DNA from: an uncultured Ruficoccus sp.
GTDB taxonomy: Bacteria; Verrucomicrobiota; Verrucomicrobiia; Opitutales; Cerasicoccaceae
Assembly: GCA_965140785.1 (NCBI GenBank)
Contig: OZ223481.1
Span: 160,001 to 224,000, forward strand
Length of the DNA: 64,000 bases
Direction of reading: 5' to 3'
Program-made: the position numbers and the translations under genes
Part shown: positions 1-9,548 of the stretch, in pieces
Numbering within the stretch: the first letter of the stretch is position 1
How the letters are laid out: each line of letters opens with the position of its first letter
The notes under the pieces: generated by a model
Told to the model about the DNA's origin: nothing
Seen by the model: only the letters and a program-made list of their open reading frames with translations
The model's database searches: none

Positions 1-911
1 TCGAGAACCCCTGCACCAGTCTCGAGGCCCTGCTCGCCGACGACAAGGTGGACGCCCTCTATGTGGCCACGCCGAACAAGTTTCACGCCCCCACCGCTGA
101 GGCGGCCCTCAAGGCGGGCAAACACGTCATCCTCGAAAAACCTTTCGCCATGAGCCTGGCCGAGGCCCAGTCCGCCGCCAAGCTGGCTAAGGAAACCGGG
201 CTCACTCTGTCCGTCGGGATGAACCAGCGCTTCAACCCCGACTCGCAGAAGGTTAAGGCCCTCGTCGAGGCCGGTACGCTGGGTGAAATTTACCACGCCA
301 AGGCCCACTGGCGCCGGCGTCAGGGTATCCCGAAGCTCGGCACGTGGTTCGTCAGCAAGGAATTGGCCGGGGGCGGCGCGCTCTACGACATCGGCGTGCA
401 CATGCTCGACCTGGCCCTGTACTGCATGGGCAACTTCGAACCGGTCAGCGTCTCCGGCGTGACCTACAGTAAGTTCGGCTCCCGCGGCCTGGGCGAAGGC
501 TCCTGGGGCATGTCCGACAAGAGCGACATCGCCTTCGACGTGGACGACTTCGCCAGCGCCTTTATCCGCCTGGCCAACGGCGCGACCGTCACCCTGGAAG
601 CCGTCTGGGCCTGCCACACCCAGGAGGCCAACTGCAACAACGTGGAACTCTTCGGCACCGAGGCCGGCGCCACCGCCGTACCCGCCAAGCTGTTCCGCGC
701 CTCCGAGCAAATCCCCGGCGCCTACGAGGTCATCGAAAACCTCCCGGCCCCCGAGGACACCGGCATGAGCAACCGCTTCACCAACTTCATCAACCACCTG
801 CACGACGGCACCCCGCTGTGCTGCACCCTCGACCAGGCCCTGGCCGTGCAGAAGGTGCTCGACGGCATCGCCGAGTCCACCCGCACCGGCAAGGAAGTCT
901 CCGTGGCCTAG
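1..911 (+). CDS. Gfo/Idh/MocA family oxidoreductase (5' truncated by window edge)
   Basis: Motifs ATPNKFH, GKHVILEKP, GGGALYDIGVH; the frame is open back to the window start. Confidence 0.9.
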   Translation, partial: ENPCTSLEALLADDKVDALYVATPNKFHAPTAEAALKAGKHVILEKPFAMSLAEAQSAAKLAKETGLTLSVGMNQRFNPDSQKVKALVEAGTLGEIYHAKAHWRRRQGIPKLGTWFVSKELAGGGALYDIGVHMLDLALYCMGNFEPVSVSGVTYSKFGSRGLGEGSWGMSDKSDIAFDVDDFASAFIRLANGATVTLEAVWACHTQEANCNNVELFGTEAGATAVPAKLFRASEQIPGAYEVIENLPAPEDTGMSNRFTNFINHLHDGTPLCCTLDQALAVQKVLDGIAESTRTGKEVSVA

Positions 912-950
912 GCCCCTCCCCCTCCTTAACCCTCCAATACGATTATTCCC

Positions 951-1697
951 ATGAGCCAAACCCTCCCGCTCGGAGTGCAGAGCTACTGCTTCCGCAACTT
1001 CAAGGACAACGCCGACGTCGCCGCCAAGGTGAAGGAAATCGGCCTCGACCGCATCGAAATCTGCCGTATCCACGCCGACTTTCAGGACCTGAACGCCTGG
1101 AAGGACACCGTCAAAATCTACCAGGACGCCGGGGTACAGATCGTCTCAATCGGCGTCGAGACGCTGGTCGGCGACCCCTCGGAGCGCGACCTGTTCGAGT
1201 GCGTCAAGCTCGCTGGCGCCAAGCACATTTCCGTCCACTTCAAAGTGGACAGCTACCCCAGGGCCATCGCTCAGGCCCGCACCCTGGCCCGCGAATACGG
1301 TGTCAAGGTCGGCATCCACTGCCACGGCGGCTACATGTTCGGCGGTCAGCCCGACGTACTGGAGCACCTGATCGCCCTGGGCACCCCCGAAATCGGCCTG
1401 TGCATGGACACCGCCTGGTGCATGCAGATCGGCCCCCGCCTGGGACAGCCGCTGGAGTGGCTGAAAAAGTACGAAGGCAAGCTCACGGGCGTCCATTTTA
1501 AGGACTTCGTCTTCGAAAAGAACGGCCAGTGGGTGGACACCGTCGTCGGCCAGGGAAATCTCGACCTGCCCGCCTACGTCGAACTCCTCAAGACCGCCAA
1601 CTACGACGGCATGGCCGTGATCGAGTATGAAGCTGACCCGGAAAACCCGGTCCCGGCCCTCAAAAACTGCGTCGAGCAGATGAAGAAAGTGCTCTAG
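951..1697 (+). CDS. Sugar phosphate isomerase/epimerase (xylose isomerase-like TIM barrel)
   Basis: LGVQSYCFR start, GLCMDTAW, HFKD, G.GNLDL, IEYE metal-binding pattern. Confidence 0.85.
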   Translation: MSQTLPLGVQSYCFRNFKDNADVAAKVKEIGLDRIEICRIHADFQDLNAWKDTVKIYQDAGVQIVSIGVETLVGDPSERDLFECVKLAGAKHISVHFKVDSYPRAIAQARTLAREYGVKVGIHCHGGYMFGGQPDVLEHLIALGTPEIGLCMDTAWCMQIGPRLGQPLEWLKKYEGKLTGVHFKDFVFEKNGQWVDTVVGQGNLDLPAYVELLKTANYDGMAVIEYEADPENPVPALKNCVEQMKKVL

Positions 1698-1734
1698 GCA
1701 ACACCAAGCCTCACACCATTTCCGCTTTCCCCAC

Positions 1735-1772
1735 AATAGCTCGTCCGCACCCGCGGGCGGGCTATTTTTATT
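1735..1772 (+). terminator. Intrinsic terminator between convergent genes
   Basis: AATAGCTCGTCCGC-ACCC-GCGGGCGGGCTATT followed by a T-rich tail. Confidence 0.75.
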
Positions 1773-1800
1773 CTGCTCCCAACGTCAATCCGGGCGGACG

Positions 1801-2685
1801 CTACTCCTTGCCCAGCCCCGTCACCTCAAGGATCTTGGCCCGATAGGAAGCGAGGTTGACCGACAGGGTGAGATTGCCAAAGCAGCCGGAGCCGATGATG
1901 TTTTCCTTGAGGCCCTCGGGCACGCCCACTCCCGGCTGCCCCGGATAGAGCCGGGCCACTGTCGCCATAATACCGGCCACTTCCCAGCCATCTGCCCCCT
2001 GCACAAACAACGCGCCGCCCGAATCGCGCGACACAGCCTGTGCCTCAAAGGCGGTTCGCTCGGCCGGATTGCCGGAGAAATCCGTCACCAACATATCGCC
2101 CATCTTCGGATTCTGAATGACCGCCGACATACGGTTCGTGCCCCAGCTCATCTTTCTCTGCATGGGCTGAGTGGTCAAAACTCCGGCCATGTTGGCCTGC
2201 TGCGGGCTGGATACCTCCGTCCAAGTCCACGGGTTGGTCGATTGATCGACGTGCCAGCCGGTCATGTGGTCCTGGGCGAGGAAGCCGGCCCCGATCATGA
2301 CAACCTCTGTGCCCGTCGTCGGCGTGGAGGACGCGATTGGCATCGAGGGCAGGTCCGGCTCATCCGTTAAGTGCAACAGCTTCAGCTCGGCATCTTTAAA
2401 GGTATAGATATCGTCGATAGCCTCTTCCCGAAGTAGGGTCTGTCCGTTGACGACGACCCGCTTTGGGTTAATATGCCGGGCCGTCAGCACCCAGCCGTTG
2501 CCCAGATAGACGCCCGCCCCGCCGGAGATTTCGAGCATATTGGCAAAGCCGGGATCGGCGGGCTGGCCGTCCTGGCCGGTCGGAGCGGTCAGATTGCCGC
2601 CGGGATTACCGCTGTTGAGGACCGCCTGGGAGAGCAGGGGCGCCCCCAGCAGGCTTAGTGAGATAAATAAAGTACGCAGTCTCAT
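1801..2685 (-). CDS. Secreted trypsin-like serine protease
   Basis: Signal peptide MRLRTLF...[17 protein letters not shown] (catalytic His) and RDSGG (catalytic Ser). Confidence 0.75.
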   Translation of the reverse strand: MRLRTLFISLSLLGAPLLSQAVLNSGNPGGNLTAPTGQDGQPADPGFANMLEISGGAGVYLGNGWVLTARHINPKRVVVNGQTLLREEAIDDIYTFKDAELKLLHLTDEPDLPSMPIASSTPTTGTEVVMIGAGFLAQDHMTGWHVDQSTNPWTWTEVSSPQQANMAGVLTTQPMQRKMSWGTNRMSAVIQNPKMGDMLVTDFSGNPAERTAFEAQAVSRDSGGALFVQGADGWEVAGIMATVARLYPGQPGVGVPEGLKENIIGSGCFGNLTLSVNLASYRAKILEVTGLGKE

Positions 2686-2801
2686 CAATGCGTGACATAA
2701 CCACAAAAGATACCGTACGTAAACCCTTCGTTGCCCTTTCACCCGGAAAGCGGACGCCGGAGCGCCCTTGCCAGCGCGAGCGCAGCTGTCAGCATGGCGG
2801 C

Positions 2802-3134
2802 ATGTTCAGCTATCTGTTTCTCGTCATGGCCATCGTCGCCGAAGTCATCGCCACCTCCGCGCTGAAGATGACGCACCAGTTTACCCGGCTCGGCCCGAGT
2901 GTGGTCGTCATAGCGGGGTACGCGGTGGCGTTTTACTGCCTCAGCCACGTGCTCAAAACCATCCCCGTCGGCGTGGCCTACGCGATCTGGTCCGGCCTGG
3001 GCATCGTGCTGGTCACGGTGGTGGGCGCGTTCCTGTTCAAGCAGGTGCCCGACCTCGCCGCCATCATCGGCATGACCCTGATCGTGGCCGGGGTGCTCGT
3101 GATCAACCTGTTCTCGAAAACCGTGGCCCACTGA
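2802..3134 (+). CDS. SMR family multidrug efflux transporter (EmrE/QacE-like)
   Basis: 110 aa, 4 TM, AIVAEV (membrane Glu), [12 protein letters not shown]. Confidence 0.92.
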   Translation: MFSYLFLVMAIVAEVIATSALKMTHQFTRLGPSVVVIAGYAVAFYCLSHVLKTIPVGVAYAIWSGLGIVLVTVVGAFLFKQVPDLAAIIGMTLIVAGVLVINLFSKTVAH

Positions 3135-3194
3135 TGCCGCCTCGGCGAAGGTACAGTTCAAGGGCACATATTGTGAAACAACCCAGACACAAGT

Positions 3195-3297
3195 CGTCAT
3201 TCTGAGCGAAAGCAGCGAGTCGAAGGATGCCCTGGCAGGGACTTCACGAGCGCGCACAGAAGCCCCCTGACGAGAAGATCCTTCGGCCTGTCCTCAG
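3195..3297. repeat. CGTC-tagged REP-like doublet
   Basis: CGTCATTCTGAGCGAA...GTCGAAGGAT at 3195-3228, a partial inverted copy at 3276-3297, and a related inverted copy at 40883-40916. Confidence 0.55.
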
Positions 3298-3303
3298 CCG
3301 CCT

Positions 3304-5061
3304 TCACTTCACGCCCAAGTACTTCTTCACCTCTTTGAGCGGGCGAGTGTTGAGGATGTGCTTGGGCTCCAGCCAGCCCTTGCGGGCGACATAGACGCCG
3401 TTGCGGAAAAACTCGAGCTGGTCGGTGGCGTGGGCGTCGGGGTTGATGGAGCAAAGCAGGCCGCGCTCGGCGGCGTGGTGCCACAGCCGCCAGTCCATAT
3501 CGAGGCGCCAGGGATTGGCATTGAGCTCGATGATTTTGCCATTGGCCAGGGCGGCGTCGATGACCTTGGCCGCATCGACCGGGTAGCCCTCGCGCCGCAG
3601 CAACAGGCGGCCCGTCATGTGCCCGAGCATGGTGACGTGTTCGTTTTCCAGCGCCTTGACGAGGCGCTTCGTCATGGCCTTCTCGTCGTTGCTCATGCCC
3701 GCGTGGATGGAGGCCACCACGCAGTCCAGGCCCCTGAGCACCTCGTCGGGGAAGTCCAGCTTCCCGTCGGTTAAAATGTCCACCTCGCTCCCGGTAAAGA
3801 CCCAGGTCTTGAACTTGCCCGAGGCGTTGAGCTGGCCGATGGCCTCGACCTGGGCGGCGAGGCGGTCCTCGTCGAGCCCGTTGGCCTGGAAGCTAGAACG
3901 CGAATGGTCGGCGATGCCGAGATACTCGAAGCCCAGATCCTGCGCGGCCTGCACCATCTGCTCGAGCGAAGCCTTGCCATCGGAGGCGGTGGTGTGGTTG
4001 TGGAAAACGCCCAAAATGTCGCCGGACTCGACCAGCGCGGGCAGCTTGTCCTTCTCGGCGACCTCGATCTCGCCCCGGTCTTCGCGCAGTTCGGGGGGGA
4101 TGTAGGCGAGGTCGAGCTTTTTAAAAAGCTCCTGCTCGCCGTCAATGGGCTCGGGCTTGCGCTCGCTGGGCTTGGGACCGTCGTCCTTGCCTCCGCGCGT
4201 GTCCTCGGGAAACAGGCCCCACTCGGATAGGCTGAGGCCGCGCTCAAGGGCGCGCTGACGCATGCGCACGTTGTGGTCCTTGCTCCCGGTGAAGTGGTGC
4301 AGCGCGTAAAAGAACTGGGCCGGGGGCACGACGCGCAAGTCCGCCTGCAAGCCGCCCTCCAGGCGGATGGACGACTTCGTCTCGCCCTTGGCGGTAACCT
4401 CCACCACGCGGTCCTGTGAGGTAAACCACTCCATAATCGGGCCCGGTTCGGTCGCGGCCACGAGAAAGTCCAGATCGCCCACCGTCTCGCGCTTGCGCCG
4501 GAGGCTCCCGGCGGCCTCGGCCTCTTTGACCTGCTTGAGCTTGCGCAGCCCCTCCAGGATGGGGCGGGCGGCCTCCTCGGCATCGGCCCAACGGTGGCGG
4601 GCGGCGTAGGCTTCGCGGTTGGCGATCCCGGCGAGGAGCTTTTCCTGCGTTTTTTTCCCGAAACCCTCCAGCCCGGCTACCTTGTCTTCGCGGCAGGCAG
4701 TGGCGAGCTGGTCAATGCTCTCGACCCCGAGCTCGTCGTGAACTTTCTTGATCTTTTTCGGGCCCAGTCCGGGGATTTCCAGCATCTCGATCATGCCCGG
4801 CGGGACGGAGGCCTTGAGCTTGTCGTAGTACTCGAGCTTCCCCGTCTCGTGCAGGGTGGTGATCTTCTCCACCAGTGCCTTGCCAATGCCCTTGACCTCG
4901 CCCAGACGTTCCTCGGCGATGACCGTGCCGAGGTCCTCGTCGAGCGTTTCCAGCGCGCGGGCGCCGTTCTGGTAGGCACGGACTTTAAAGGTATTTTCGC
5001 CCTTGAGCTCCAGCAGTTCGGCGATGTCTTCGAGGATCTCGACAATGGCGGATTTTTCCAT
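3304..5061 (-). CDS. polX: DNA polymerase X / PHP 3'-5' exonuclease
   Basis: HhH motifs GIGK and GLGPK, GSLRR, GDLDF, ADLRV, HFTGS; C-terminal PHP domain HNHT, DHS, NPDAH. Confidence 0.95.
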   Translation of the reverse strand: MEKSAIVEILEDIAELLELKGENTFKVRAYQNGARALETLDEDLGTVIAEERLGEVKGIGKALVEKITTLHETGKLEYYDKLKASVPPGMIEMLEIPGLGPKKIKKVHDELGVESIDQLATACREDKVAGLEGFGKKTQEKLLAGIANREAYAARHRWADAEEAARPILEGLRKLKQVKEAEAAGSLRRKRETVGDLDFLVAATEPGPIMEWFTSQDRVVEVTAKGETKSSIRLEGGLQADLRVVPPAQFFYALHHFTGSKDHNVRMRQRALERGLSLSEWGLFPEDTRGGKDDGPKPSERKPEPIDGEQELFKKLDLAYIPPELREDRGEIEVAEKDKLPALVESGDILGVFHNHTTASDGKASLEQMVQAAQDLGFEYLGIADHSRSSFQANGLDEDRLAAQVEAIGQLNASGKFKTWVFTGSEVDILTDGKLDFPDEVLRGLDCVVASIHAGMSNDEKAMTKRLVKALENEHVTMLGHMTGRLLLRREGYPVDAAKVIDAALANGKIIELNANPWRLDMDWRLWHHAAERGLLCSINPDAHATDQLEFFRNGVYVARKGWLEPKHILNTRPLKEVKKYLGVK

Positions 5062-5133
5062 GCCTAGAGCATGAATATTAATCCGCTTTACGCAAGCATC
5101 CGGCCAGAGATATAGTGCCAACTCCATCAACGA

Positions 5134-5406
5134 ATGGATAAAATCGAATTAATCGCAAAATTGCACCAAGCTCATGCCATGGTCTCACAATACCGTGGTG
5201 GGTATTCGGGTGAATTTCTAGACGCGCAAGAATTTGCATCCGCGCTTGCGAAGGCTACCCAGTCCATAGAGAACGGTGAGCGCACAAATATCCAGGACTT
5301 GCTGGGATGGTTTGCTCCGACCTGTGCATGGGATGATTTCGCGGGCAGCGAAGGCATCCCTCTGGGCAATGAGATTTACTCCGCTTTAAAAATACTGAAG
5401 AAATGA
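5134..5406 (+). CDS. Hypothetical protein (90 aa, lower GC)
   Basis: ORF fills the gap between polX and fcl; ATGA stop/start overlap with fcl. Confidence 0.7.
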   Translation: MDKIELIAKLHQAHAMVSQYRGGYSGEFLDAQEFASALAKATQSIENGERTNIQDLLGWFAPTCAWDDFAGSEGIPLGNEIYSALKILKK

Positions 5407-6350
5407 CTCCCTCGACAAAGATCTTCCTTTCCGGGCACCGCGGCATGGTCGGTAGTGCCATCCACCGGGCGCTGCTGGCTCAGGGCCACGAGAACTTCCT
5501 CCTGCGCACGCATGCCGAGCTCGACCTGTGCGACGCGGTGGCGGTCGAAGCCACCCTGGCGGCGGAGAAGCCCGAGATGGTCATCGTGGCGGCGGCCCGC
5601 GTGGGCGGCATTCACGCCAACAACACCTACCCGGCCGAGTTCATCCACGAGAACCTGGCCAGCGCTCACAACATGATCCATTTTTCCTGGAAACACGGGG
5701 TCAAGCGCCTGCTCTTTTTAGGCAGTTCGTGCATTTATCCGCGCGAAGCGCCCCAGCCCATGACCGAGGACTGCCTGCTGAGCGGCCCGCTCGAACCCAC
5801 CAACGAGCCCTACGCCATCGCCAAGATCACCGGCCTCAAGCTCTGCCAGTACTACCGCAAACAGTACGGGGTGCTTTACCACTCGGGCATGCCGACCAAT
5901 CTCTACGGCCCCGGCGACAATTACCACCCGGAGAACTCCCACGTCTTGCCCGCCCTGCTGCGGCGCTTTCACGAGGCGGTCGAGTCCGGCGCGCCCTCCG
6001 TCACCCTCTGGGGCACGGGTAGCCCGCAACGGGAGTTCCTGCATGTGGACGACCTCGCCGCCGGCGCCCTCCACCTGCTCAACCTCGACAACCCGCCCGA
6101 CTGGGTCAACATCGGCTACGGCTCCGACGTCACGATCAAGGAAGTGGCCGAGATCATCAAGGACGTAACCGGCTACCAGGGCGAACTCAAGTGGGACACC
6201 TCCCGCCCCGACGGCACCCCCCGCAAGCTCATGGACAGCTCCACCATCCGCTCAACCGGCTGGGAGCCCAAGATCGGCCTGCGCGAAGGCATCGAAAAGA
6301 CCTACGCGAGCTTTAAGGAAGAGCTGGCGAAAGGGACGGTGCGGGGCTAG
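5403..6350 (+). CDS. fcl: GDP-L-fucose synthase
   Basis: [42 protein letters not shown]. Confidence 0.95.
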   Translation: MTPSTKIFLSGHRGMVGSAIHRALLAQGHENFLLRTHAELDLCDAVAVEATLAAEKPEMVIVAAARVGGIHANNTYPAEFIHENLASAHNMIHFSWKHGVKRLLFLGSSCIYPREAPQPMTEDCLLSGPLEPTNEPYAIAKITGLKLCQYYRKQYGVLYHSGMPTNLYGPGDNYHPENSHVLPALLRRFHEAVESGAPSVTLWGTGSPQREFLHVDDLAAGALHLLNLDNPPDWVNIGYGSDVTIKEVAEIIKDVTGYQGELKWDTSRPDGTPRKLMDSSTIRSTGWEPKIGLREGIEKTYASFKEELAKGTVRG

Positions 6351-6407
6351 TTTTCCCGACATACGCAGCCCTTCCTGGCCATGGCATTTCCCCAAGAAAT
6401 GCCATCC

Positions 6408-6446
6408 GTGATCCGCAGGGATCACAGGTGCAGGACTCTGTCCTGC
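6408..6446 (+). repeat. Dispersed repeat module M1 (GATC hairpin + GTGCAGG hairpin)
   Basis: GTGATCC-GCAG-GGATCAC-AGGT-GCAGGAC-TCT-GTCCTGC; near-identical inverted copy at 28524-28560 and a variant at 12220-12256. Confidence 0.75.
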
Positions 6447-6461
6447 TGTCCCGGTGGCGTG

Positions 6462-7205
6462 CTACTCAAGTCGATGGAGCTGGCTGCGGGCCAGTTCGAG
6501 GTCTTCGGGGGTGTCGATGCCGAGGGGCTCGTAGGCGGTTTCGACGGCCTGGATGCTCATCCCATGTTCGAGGAAGCGCAGCTGCTCGAGCTTTTCGGTT
6601 TGTTCCAGCGTGCCGGGGGACAGCTCAATGTAACGGGCGAGGGTTTCGCGGGTGTAGCCGTACACCCCGATATGCGCCCAGAAGGTGTGGCTCTCGGTCC
6701 AATCCTCAGGCGCGACGCCGCGCACGTGCGGGACCGGACTGCGCGAGAAGTACATGGCCTGCCCGTCGTGGCGGCGCACGACCTTGACTAGGTTCGGATC
6801 GAGCACTTCGCGGTGCGTGCGGATACGGTACACGGCGGTGACGAGGTCGCAGCGGGTGTTTTCCCAGACCTGCACCAGGCTGTCGAGCAGGTCGGGCTGG
6901 ATGAAGGGCTCGTCACCCTGCACGTTGAGAAAGAACTCGCTGTCGAGCCGGGGCAGGAGCGAAGCCAGCCGCTCGGTGCCACTCTGGCAGTCCGGGCTGG
7001 TCATGAAGACCTGCGCGCCCCAGGCTTCGGCCCGCTCAAGGATTTCCTCCGAGTCGGTGGCGATGGCGACATGGCCGGCCTTGCGCATTCTCGAGGCCTG
7101 CTCCCAGACGTGCTGGAGCATGGGCTTGCCGCCGATGTCAATCAGGGCCTTGCGGGGCAGACGGGTGGAGCCCAGACGGGCGGGGATGATGACGGATACG
7201 CTCAT
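6462..7205 (-). CDS. kdsB: 3-deoxy-manno-octulosonate cytidylyltransferase
   Basis: IPARLGSTRLP.K, SGTER, NVQGDEP, YFSRS, HIGVY, EKLEQLR. Confidence 0.95.
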   Translation of the reverse strand: MSVSVIIPARLGSTRLPRKALIDIGGKPMLQHVWEQASRMRKAGHVAIATDSEEILERAEAWGAQVFMTSPDCQSGTERLASLLPRLDSEFFLNVQGDEPFIQPDLLDSLVQVWENTRCDLVTAVYRIRTHREVLDPNLVKVVRRHDGQAMYFSRSPVPHVRGVAPEDWTESHTFWAHIGVYGYTRETLARYIELSPGTLEQTEKLEQLRFLEHGMSIQAVETAYEPLGIDTPEDLELARSQLHRLE

Positions 7206-7330
7206 GGGATAGGGTTCATTCTCACAAAGGCACCCCGGAGACAAAACCTTTTCTTCATATCTGCACTTTGTGATACCGCTACGTTCAATTTAACTCCGGC
7301 TAAACGTTCCCCATTGTGGAGACCCGGCAT

Positions 7331-7870
7331 TCACTTTTCCACTTCGCGCTTTTTTATGAATCTGGCCGGGGTGCCGGCCACCACGGTCCAGGGCTCGACA
7401 TCTTCGAAGACGCTGGAGCGCACGCCGACCACGGCCCCCTCCCCCACCGTGACGCCGGGCCCGATAAAGACATCCGCCGTGACCCAGGCATGGGCCCCGA
7501 TCTCGATCGGGGCGGCCTGATGTGGCAGGTCCAGCCGCCGGTAGTCATGCGTTCCGGTGCAGAGAAAAGTGTACTGGCTGACCGTGCAATGCGCCCGCAA
7601 CGTAATCGGCGCCTGCGTGTAACAATCCACATAATCGCCCAGTGTGCTGCCCTCCTCCATGGTCAGCGCCCAAGGGGCCCAGATACGCGCACCGGAGCCG
7701 GGCTTGGCCCCGGGGGCTATTTTCGCACCGAAGCAGCGCAATAACAGGCAACGCCAGGCATAAAGATTTCTCGGAGTGGGTCGATATAGGATAAACCACA
7801 CAACCGCCCACGCGACACGCCCCAGCTTATGCGCTAAGGAATAGGAGACGGATTGCAAAGGAAGGGTCAT
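7331..7870 (-). CDS. WcaF-like hexapeptide-repeat acetyltransferase
   Basis: LLRCFGAKI, PW.L, VSQ...LCTGTHD, GPGVTVGEGAVVG, GTPARFIKKR. Confidence 0.85.
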   Translation of the reverse strand: MTLPLQSVSYSLAHKLGRVAWAVVWFILYRPTPRNLYAWRCLLLRCFGAKIAPGAKPGSGARIWAPWALTMEEGSTLGDYVDCYTQAPITLRAHCTVSQYTFLCTGTHDYRRLDLPHQAAPIEIGAHAWVTADVFIGPGVTVGEGAVVGVRSSVFEDVEPWTVVAGTPARFIKKREVEK

Positions 7871-7983
7871 ATCTTTTGCTTAAATTGAAGATAAGAGGAA
7901 CCAAAGCCAATATTGTTTTTCCTTGACTCAACCTCCTTTTACAACGTTTTGGGCAGGGCATACTCTCTCCATAGGTTTATTAT

Positions 7984-8241
7984 ATGCTTAATATCACGCT
8001 GATAAAGTTTATCCTGAAGACAGGGCTCGTCACCCTGCTTTTGGTGGGCGGCATCTACATGCTGGCACTCTCTCGCCAGAAATGCGCGGCCATCGCCAGC
8101 AGCCTCTTCGGTGTGCGTGATCTTGAAATCACGACCGGAAATGTTGTCTTCCTTAAAGTCACCGGTGCCATCCTGACCCTACTCGGTCTTTTCCTGATCT
8201 GGAAGCTCTTCATTTACGTGCCCACGGCGGCCAGCAGTTGA
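7984..8241 (+). CDS. Small membrane protein (2 TM)
   Basis: 85-aa ORF with two hydrophobic helices, divergent from the acetyltransferase. Confidence 0.65.
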   Translation: MLNITLIKFILKTGLVTLLLVGGIYMLALSRQKCAAIASSLFGVRDLEITTGNVVFLKVTGAILTLLGLFLIWKLFIYVPTAASS

Positions 8242-9548
8242 GCCAGCTTGTCAAGATCGAGTTTCCCGTTGGTCTTCAGGGGGAGCGTTTCCACCAGCAG
8301 CCAGCGCTTGGGCATAAAGGCGGGTTGCACCTGCCCCCGCAGAGCTTGCTGATGGGCTTTTAATTCTGAGGCGGGGAGGCCCGCCACCAGCGCGACCACC
8401 CGCTGCCCCCAATCCGGGTCCGGCTCGCCCACCACCAGCGCCTCGGCCTCCGGGGCCAGACGACGGATGGCCGCCTCGACCTCCTGCGGATCGACCTTCT
8501 CGCCGCCAGAGACGATGAGCCGGTCCCGACGACCGAGGATGCGCAAACGGCCTTTGCTGTCCACTTCACCTTCGTCGCCGGGGCGGAACTCCGCCTGCGG
8601 GTAAGGTCGCTCCGGGTAGTAGCCGTGAAAAAGCGAACCGCTCCGAATAACGATCCCCCCCGCCTCCATCATCACCCGGACGTGGGGAAACAATTCTCCC
8701 GCCAGTGGTTCTCCGGCCAGAAAATCCTCCGGACGCTGGGCGGCGATGACAGCGGCTGTCTCCGTCATCCCGTAGCTGCATGAGAGCCCCAGTTCGGCAG
8801 CGCGGGCCCGCTCCCGCAGGTCCGGTGCCACGCCGGCCCCGCCGAGCAGGAGCAACCCGAAACCGCCCAGCCAATCCGCCCCGCCCGATTGGGCGAGGAT
8901 ACGCCCGAACTGGGTCGGCACGAGCGAGAGGTGAAATTCGTCCCGCCCCGGCAGGCCTGCTTCCGGCTCCGCAAACTGATGGTAATTCCCCAGGACCAGC
9001 CGCCCGCCGGTGATAAAACTCCTCAGCGCCTGCATCAGCCCGCTCACGTGCCAAAGGGGCAGCACGCACCAGGCATTGACCACGGCGGTATGGTAAAACT
9101 CCGCGTAGCCCTGCACGGCGGCTCCGAGTGTTTCCCAGGTATGCATGGTGAAGCGTACCCGCCCGCCGGTTCCGCCGGTCGGGATCATGATGTGCCCGAC
9201 AAAGGGCTCCAGCGCCGGTAAATCCATCGGGACATGGAGTGGAAGGTGGGCCGTCCCCCAGATAAGGCCCGGCTCCATTTGCACGGCGACCTGCGTCCAC
9301 TCGTTTTCCCGCCAACCCGGACTGGCCAGAAAAAGCGGCGCCCGCGCCGCCACCGCCGCCAACAATCCGCCCAGCAGGGCCGCGGGTTTTTCCTCGGCCA
9401 GCAGGACGGAAACGGCGGGCTTCTTGCGCTGGCGTTCGGTCAGCTCGGCCAGGCGCTTTTCATAGGAGATCCGCACCTGCTCTTGCGTAGGTTCATCGAG
9501 CCAGGGCTGGGTCAGACGCTCCCGAAAGGCCGCTACAGTCGCTTCCAT
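8214..9548 (-). CDS. menE: o-succinylbenzoate-CoA ligase (AMP-binding)
   Basis: TGGTGG P-loop, LPLWHVSG, SLVPTQ, YGMTET, GRRDRLIVSGGEKV, NGKLD; adjacent to menC. Confidence 0.8.
   Translation of the reverse strand: MEATVAAFRERLTQPWLDEPTQEQVRISYEKRLAELTERQRKKPAVSVLLAEEKPAALLGGLLAAVAARAPLFLASPGWRENEWTQVAVQMEPGLIWGTAHLPLHVPMDLPALEPFVGHIMIPTGGTGGRVRFTMHTWETLGAAVQGYAEFYHTAVVNAWCVLPLWHVSGLMQALRSFITGGRLVLGNYHQFAEPEAGLPGRDEFHLSLVPTQFGRILAQSGGADWLGGFGLLLLGGAGVAPDLRERARAAELGLSCSYGMTETAAVIAAQRPEDFLAGEPLAGELFPHVRVMMEAGGIVIRSGSLFHGYYPERPYPQAEFRPGDEGEVDSKGRLRILGRRDRLIVSGGEKVDPQEVEAAIRRLAPEAEALVVGEPDPDWGQRVVALVAGLPASELKAHQQALRGQVQPAFMPKRWLLVETLPLKTNGKLDLDKLAQLLAAVGT

Noticed and set aside
3304..5061. PolX as a catalytically dead variant
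   Set aside because: The polymerase aspartates (GDLD, ADLR) and PHP metal ligands are present
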